Source of the DNA: Treponemataceae bacterium | GTDB lineage: Bacteria > Spirochaetota > Spirochaetia > Treponematales > Rectinemataceae | Direction of reading: 5' to 3' | DNA: 64,000 nt | Assembly (NCBI GenBank): GCA_963677895.2 | Contig: CAXXGJ010000002.1 | Coordinates: forward strand, 224,001 to 288,000 | Shown: positions 58,887 through 64,000 of the stretch, one piece after another | Layout of the letters: each line of letters opens with the position of its first letter | Numbering within the stretch: position 1 is the first letter of the stretch | Position numbers and translations under genes: made by a program | Notes under the pieces: model-generated | What the model was told of the DNA's origin: nothing | The model's database searches: none | Seen by the model: the letters and a program-made list of their open reading frames with translations, nothing else

Positions 58887-58930
58887 GTCATGGGAGAAAG
58901 GTGGCGGATGCGCCATCTTTCTCCCATGAC
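58887..58930 (+). other. Long intercistronic stem-loop between tctC and tctB
   Basis: GTCATGGGAGAAAG..TGGCG-GATG-CGCCA..CTTTCTCCCATGAC. Confidence 0.8.
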
Positions 58931-58945
58931 GTAAGGTGATGACAT

Positions 58946-59416
58946 ATGAAAATAGCAGTGAAGAGAGATCAGTTTGTCGGGGCGTTTCTCATCCTCATTG
59001 GTGGTGTGTACTTTGCGCTTGCGGGTAAAATTGATTTTCCTATGGCCCCGGACTACCCGGGACCCAAGGCTTTCCCGTATATCGCAATCTTTGGCCTTAT
59101 CATCTGCGGGCTCGGAATATTCATTCAAAGCACAGTGAGCAAAGTTCCTCAAAAAATGTTCATGGTCAGAGATGGTTGGGTGGATCTTATCAAGTCGTTT
59201 TTGGCGCTCGTCGTGTATGTCATAGGACTCAAGTTTCTCGGATATTTTATCAGTACGCCTGTGCTTCTTTTTGTGTTGTCTGTCTTTTTCGGTAAAAAAG
59301 TCAAGGTCAAGCTTGTTGGCAGAATACTCTTTGCGGTGCTGGTAACCGTGGCGGTTTACGTGTTCTATGTTTATGGGTTCGGCATGAAATTGCCGGTTGG
59401 AGCGCTTTTTCAGTAA
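58946..59416 (+). CDS. tctB: TTT small membrane subunit
   Basis: PGPKAFP, LGYFIS, LPVG; four TM helices. Confidence 0.88.
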   Translation: MKIAVKRDQFVGAFLILIGGVYFALAGKIDFPMAPDYPGPKAFPYIAIFGLIICGLGIFIQSTVSKVPQKMFMVRDGWVDLIKSFLALVVYVIGLKFLGYFISTPVLLFVLSVFFGKKVKVKLVGRILFAVLVTVAVYVFYVYGFGMKLPVGALFQ

Positions 59417-59452
59417 TACAGCGCTGACATACAAATTCATATTGAGGTAATT

Positions 59453-60949
59453 ATGGGAAGCTATTTGCCGTATATTTTGCAGCAGTTTGCGCAGCCGATA
59501 AACCTTCTCTTTGTTGTTGTCGGAAGCGTGATCGGAATAATCTTTGGCGCGATTCCCGGTCTGTCGGGGGCTTTAGCGGTGATGCTCGTGCTGCCGCTTA
59601 CCTACACGATGAATACAGGTTCCGCGATCATCCTTCTCATCAGCCTATGGGTGGGTGGCACATCGGGCGGCTTCATCGGCTCGATATTGCTTGGAATCCC
59701 CGGTTCGCCTGCATCGGTCGCCACGGTCTTTGATGGGTACAAAATGACCCAGAAGGGGCAGACCAATAAGGCGCTTGCCATAGGCATGATAGCGTCGTTC
59801 ATAGGAAATATCGGAGGCATCGTTATCGCCGCGCTGTTGTCCGAAAAGATCGCGGACGTTGCGTTCATGCTTGGACCCTGGGAGTATTTCGCGCTCTGTT
59901 TCGTCGCGATCACGCTCGTTGTGGGGCTCTCCAGAGGGAACATATTCAAGGGTCTCGCTTCTGCGTCCTTAGGTCTCCTGATGACTTGCACCGGATACTC
60001 ACCGATCGATGGCGTTGAGCGTTTTACTTTTGGAAGTTATTTCCTGACAGGAGGACTGTCACTCTTCGCGGTGCTCATGGGAGTGTTCGGCCTGAGCCAG
60101 ATCCTTACTGATTTGGGATTGGGCAACTACACGACGGCGAAACCCGTCGAGACGGAAAAAAAGGGTTTGGACCTGTCCTTCAAGGAAATGTTGCTCCAAA
60201 AATGGAATATCCTTCGTTCGTTCCTCATTGGATTGTGGATTGGCTTTCTTCCCGGACTTGGCGCAGGGCTTTCCAATCTTGTCGCCTATTCTTCCGCGAA
60301 GAACTCATCCAAACACCCCGAAACGTTTGGCAATGGCGAACCTGCCGGAGTCTGGGCTTCGGAGACGTCCAACAATGCTTCCATCGGAGGAGCCCTCATA
60401 CCAATGACAGCTCTTGGCATTCCGGGGGATACGGTCACCGCGATCTTGATCGGCGCGCTAACGATCCATGGGTTACAGATGGGGCCGATGGTGTTCAAAA
60501 ACAGCGGCAATATTGTCTACTTAATTTTCGCCGCAGTTTTTATCGTATCGATTTTCGTGTTCGTCCTTGAGCTGTCAACCATGAAATACTATTCGGCTAT
60601 ACTCAAGATTCCTTTCTATTATCTCTACCCTGCGCTTGCGATGTTGCTCCTTATAAACTCTTACGTAGATTCCAACAATCTTTTCAATACCAGCCTTATG
60701 CTTCTGTTCGCGGTTGTTGGAGTCATTATGACGCTTGGGAATCTTCCAACATCTCCGTTTATCCTAGCCTTCGTGCTCGGGCCTACGATTGAGTCCAATA
60801 TGTTGAAAGGCTTCCAGTACTCCGGGACCGGGGCGACTTTCTTTACGAGACCGATATCTGCTTTATTGCTCTTTGCCGGCGTAGCCAGCATCGTTTACCC
60901 GGGGCTGAAATCCATATTTCTGAAAGCGAAAGCCAGAACTGCGGCTTAA
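59453..60949 (+). CDS. tctA: TTT large membrane subunit
   Basis: GAIPGL, IPGSPA, ETSNNA, LGIPG, FFTRP. Confidence 0.92.
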   Translation: MGSYLPYILQQFAQPINLLFVVVGSVIGIIFGAIPGLSGALAVMLVLPLTYTMNTGSAIILLISLWVGGTSGGFIGSILLGIPGSPASVATVFDGYKMTQKGQTNKALAIGMIASFIGNIGGIVIAALLSEKIADVAFMLGPWEYFALCFVAITLVVGLSRGNIFKGLASASLGLLMTCTGYSPIDGVERFTFGSYFLTGGLSLFAVLMGVFGLSQILTDLGLGNYTTAKPVETEKKGLDLSFKEMLLQKWNILRSFLIGLWIGFLPGLGAGLSNLVAYSSAKNSSKHPETFGNGEPAGVWASETSNNASIGGALIPMTALGIPGDTVTAILIGALTIHGLQMGPMVFKNSGNIVYLIFAAVFIVSIFVFVLELSTMKYYSAILKIPFYYLYPALAMLLLINSYVDSNNLFNTSLMLLFAVVGVIMTLGNLPTSPFILAFVLGPTIESNMLKGFQYSGTGATFFTRPISALLLFAGVASIVYPGLKSIFLKAKARTAA

Positions 60950-60983
60950 TGATCTATAGCTTGATGATCAAGGAGATACATAA

Positions 60984-61841
60984 ATGCCTTTGAACAGTGT
61001 TCCCCCGGCGGGAGATCCTGCCCTTGTGATGGAGCGTTCATGTAGGCGCCCCTGGGACTGCTATCTGCCGCCGATTAGGATGGCAGCAGGCGTGTACTAT
61101 GTCTCGGGCAACGACTGGGTCGGAAGCTACCTGATCGAGAGCGAAGAGGGGCTCATCCTCATCGATGCGGCGATGCACGAAACTCTCTATTTGCTGCTTG
61201 AAAACATAAGAAAGCTGGGACACAAGCCCTCGGACATTAAAAAAATTCTCATCAGTCACGCCCATATCGACCATATGGGCGGCGCGAAAGCCTTGAAGGA
61301 GCTCACGGGCGCGACCCTCTATGTCGGCGAGAGGGATATGTTGTTCTTGAAAGAGCGAAAGGATTTGATAGGAAATGACGGGGGAAAATATACCTGCGGC
61401 GACCTTGAGCCGGATGTTCACTATTCGGACGATACGCCGATCCAGCTCGGTTCGGTGAGCGTCCGGACCGTTTCGACTCCCGGACACACGCCAGGCTGTA
61501 CATCATTCTTCTTTGACGTTCGCGATGTGGACGGAAAGACGAGACGATGTGGCATGCACGGCGGTGTCGGTCTTAACACGATGTCCAGAGAATATTTCCA
61601 TAGCAGCGGGCTGCCCGTATCGTTGAGGGATGAATATATCGCGGGACTTGAAAAGCTCGATTCGATGGAAGTGGATATTTGCCTTCCTTCACACACGAAT
61701 CAAGTGGGCATTCTCCGACTCGTGGACAAGGTTTCTGAAACCTATAACCCCTATTTCGAGCCTTCGATCTGGCACGAACTGATGCGCGAAAGGCTCCAGA
61801 AAGTACGCGATTTAATCCGAAAAGAAGAAGGGCGGGCTTGA
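60984..61841 (+). CDS. MBL-fold metallo-hydrolase (subclass B3-like)
   Basis: SHAHIDHMG, TPGHTPG, PSH; no signal peptide. Confidence 0.85.
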   Translation: MPLNSVPPAGDPALVMERSCRRPWDCYLPPIRMAAGVYYVSGNDWVGSYLIESEEGLILIDAAMHETLYLLLENIRKLGHKPSDIKKILISHAHIDHMGGAKALKELTGATLYVGERDMLFLKERKDLIGNDGGKYTCGDLEPDVHYSDDTPIQLGSVSVRTVSTPGHTPGCTSFFFDVRDVDGKTRRCGMHGGVGLNTMSREYFHSSGLPVSLRDEYIAGLEKLDSMEVDICLPSHTNQVGILRLVDKVSETYNPYFEPSIWHELMRERLQKVRDLIRKEEGRA

Positions 61842-61877
61842 TGGGAAGGAACTTCTCATGCGGGTGAGGGCACTAGA

Positions 61878-63221
61878 ATGAGCGGGACACCAAAGGTCGT
61901 CGATTATCAGGTATTCGCCGTCGCGGGATACGACAGCATGCTGCTCACCTTAAGCGGCGCGCATTCGCCGTACTTCACGCGCAACATCGTCGTGATGACC
62001 GACAGTTCCGGCAACATGGGCGTTGGGGAAGTGCACGGCGGCGAACATATCAGGCTTGTGCTGGAAAGCTATCGGCCCTACCTCCTGGGTAAGGCAATTG
62101 GCGACTGGAAGGGCATCGTGAGTGGCATCCGCAGCGGCAACTACACTCACAAGGAAGACGACGGCCAGGGACTCCAGGGCCTTGACCTCAAGAACTTACG
62201 CTTCGTCGTCCACGCAGAGACCGCCGTCGAGTGCGCCCTCCTGGACCTTCTCGGCAAGTTCATGGACCTGCCGGTGGCGGCCTTTCTCGGTGACGGCATG
62301 CGGCGCGATTCGGTACTCTTTCTCGGCTACCTCTTCTATGTGGCCGACGCGGCCAAGACGGGATTGCCTTACCTGAACGAAGACGACAGTCCGAACCGCT
62401 GGTTCAGGATGCGGCGCCGCGCGGTGATGACGCCGGAGGCTATCGTTGAGCAGGCGCGCGCCGCCAAGGAACAGTATGGGTTCAAGGATTTTAAGTTGAA
62501 GGGCGGCGTGCTGCGCGGCGAGGAAGAGATGGAAGCGGTTCGGGCGCTCAAGGAAGCCTTCCCCGACGCGAGAATCAACATAGATCCCAACGGCGCCTGG
62601 TCCCTGGACGAGGCAGTCCGCCTCTGCGCGGACATGCGCGGCATAATGACCTACGTTGAAGATCCCTGCGGCCCCGAAAAGGGTTTCTCGGGGCGCGAGA
62701 TAATGGCCGAATTCAAGCGGGCGACGGGCTTCCGCGTTGCAACCAACATGATCGCCACGGATTGGCGCCAGTTCCGCCATTCAACGGTGCTGGACTCGAT
62801 CGACATCTGCCTGGCCGATCCGCACTTCTGGACCATGTCCGGCTCGGTGCGCGTCGGACAGCTCTGCGACGATTGGGGCCTTACCTGGGGCTCGCATTCC
62901 AACAATCACTTCGACATTTCCCTGGCCGTCTTCGCCCACGTGGCGGCCGCCGCCCCGGGCGAGATAACGGCCGTCGATACGCACTACATCTGGCAGGACG
63001 GACAGTACCTCACGAAGGATCCGATGCGCATCGAGAACGGCCGCATCGCCATCAGGAAGGACAGGCCCGGCCTCGGCGTCGAGATCGACATGGGGGCCGT
63101 GAAAAAGGCCGCCGCCCTCTACGCCACCCTGCCGTCGGGCGACCGGGACGACGCGGCCGCCATGCGTCGCTTGATTCCAGGCTGGAAATTCGACCCCAAG
63201 AAACCTTGCCTGGTGCGGTGA
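61878..63221 (+). CDS. Glucarate dehydratase-family enolase (GudD/GudX-like)
   Basis: [38 protein letters not shown]. Confidence 0.9.
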   Translation: MSGTPKVVDYQVFAVAGYDSMLLTLSGAHSPYFTRNIVVMTDSSGNMGVGEVHGGEHIRLVLESYRPYLLGKAIGDWKGIVSGIRSGNYTHKEDDGQGLQGLDLKNLRFVVHAETAVECALLDLLGKFMDLPVAAFLGDGMRRDSVLFLGYLFYVADAAKTGLPYLNEDDSPNRWFRMRRRAVMTPEAIVEQARAAKEQYGFKDFKLKGGVLRGEEEMEAVRALKEAFPDARINIDPNGAWSLDEAVRLCADMRGIMTYVEDPCGPEKGFSGREIMAEFKRATGFRVATNMIATDWRQFRHSTVLDSIDICLADPHFWTMSGSVRVGQLCDDWGLTWGSHSNNHFDISLAVFAHVAAAAPGEITAVDTHYIWQDGQYLTKDPMRIENGRIAIRKDRPGLGVEIDMGAVKKAAALYATLPSGDRDDAAAMRRLIPGWKFDPKKPCLVR

Positions 63222-63233
63222 CGGGGAGAATTC

Positions 63234-64000
63234 ATGAACAATAAGAAGGAAAAGGCCGCGCGCGGCACCCCCAAGGTCATCGAGATGCAGGTCATCCCGG
63301 TCGCCGGCCACGACAGCATGCTGCTGAACCTGAGCGGCGCCCACGGCCCCTTTTTCACGCGCAACATCGTCATCCTGAAAGATTCGGCCGGGCGAACGGG
63401 CTTGGGCGAAGTACCTGGCGGCGAGAAAATCCGCGCGACGCTCGAGGATGCTATCTCCCTGGTCGTAGGCTCTTCGATCGGCGCGTATAACAATACACTG
63501 AACGCGATGCGCAAAGCTTTCGCCGACCGGGATTCCGAGGGAAGGGGACTCCAGACCTTCGACCTCCGCACCATGGTGCATGCCGTCACGGCGGTGGAAT
63601 CGGCCCTCCTCGACCTTCTTGGCCAATTCCTGGAACTTCCCGTGGCCGCCCTCCTCGGCACCGGCCAGCAGCGCCGCGACGTCGAGATGCTCGGCTATCT
63701 CTTCTTCATCGGCGACAGAAAGAAGACCGATCTGCCCTATCAGGAGGAATCGGAAGCCGGCTGTGCCTGGTACCGTCTCCGCAACGAAGAAGCCATGACG
63801 CCCGGATCGGTGGTCGCCCTGGCCGAGGCTTCGCGCGAAAAGTATGGATTCCGCAATTTCAAGCTCAAGGGCGGCGTTCTTTCGGGCGACGAGGAGATGG
63901 AAGCCGTGAAGGCGCTCAAGGCCCGTTTTCCAGATGCCCGCATAACGTTGGACCCGAATGGGGCCTGGTCGCTCGACGAAGCCATTAGGCTCTGCAGGGA
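63234..64000 (+). CDS. gudD: Glucarate dehydratase, second paralogue (runs off the window end)
   Basis: Manual translation [50 protein letters not shown]. Confidence 0.88.
   Translation, partial: MNNKKEKAARGTPKVIEMQVIPVAGHDSMLLNLSGAHGPFFTRNIVILKDSAGRTGLGEVPGGEKIRATLEDAISLVVGSSIGAYNNTLNAMRKAFADRDSEGRGLQTFDLRTMVHAVTAVESALLDLLGQFLELPVAALLGTGQQRRDVEMLGYLFFIGDRKKTDLPYQEESEAGCAWYRLRNEEAMTPGSVVALAEASREKYGFRNFKLKGGVLSGDEEMEAVKALKARFPDARITLDPNGAWSLDEAIRLCR

Noticed and set aside
60984..61841. B3 metallo-beta-lactamase resistance gene
   Set aside because: No signal peptide and it sits in a sugar-acid operon, so a metabolic hydrolase is more likely.

Overview
GC-rich bacterial chromosomal window. The gene repertoire suggests an anaerobe, possibly a free-living spirochaete (inference only). 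In order it holds: a sigma54-driven SHOCT/Fe-S gene pair; a type IIIA H+ P-type ATPase; an AfuABC-like ABC importer; crcB; LUD, GH13, TipA/Mta-type MerR, NagD and ArsC-family genes; a cobalamin-riboswitch operon (cobQ-cobT-btuFCD-cobO, with btuD frameshifted); XRE-leuCD; a second ABC importer beside a membrane-tethered Cache-like/LuxR regulator; mntP; polyprenyl synthase with a membrane-extended NDH-2; a degenerate DEAD-box protein; glgP; mntH-USP; a lipase; a HAD/flavodoxin/MBL operon with a frameshift-made fusion; a type I R-M operon; a VOC gene; a glpA-like trio; and a sugar-acid catabolic island (IclR, DHDPS-family, TctCBA, MBL, two glucarate dehydratases). The best candidate for an undescribed system is the type I R-M operon (41826-51702). 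Its AT-rich, translationally coupled middle encodes an ORF6N/PLD-like protein, an HsdS carrying an extra DarG-C/Panacea-like domain, a dual-specificity phosphatase and an AlbA_2/HATPase protein. No tRNA, rRNA, CRISPR array or transposase was recognised. All family calls come from motif recognition by eye, not database searches.
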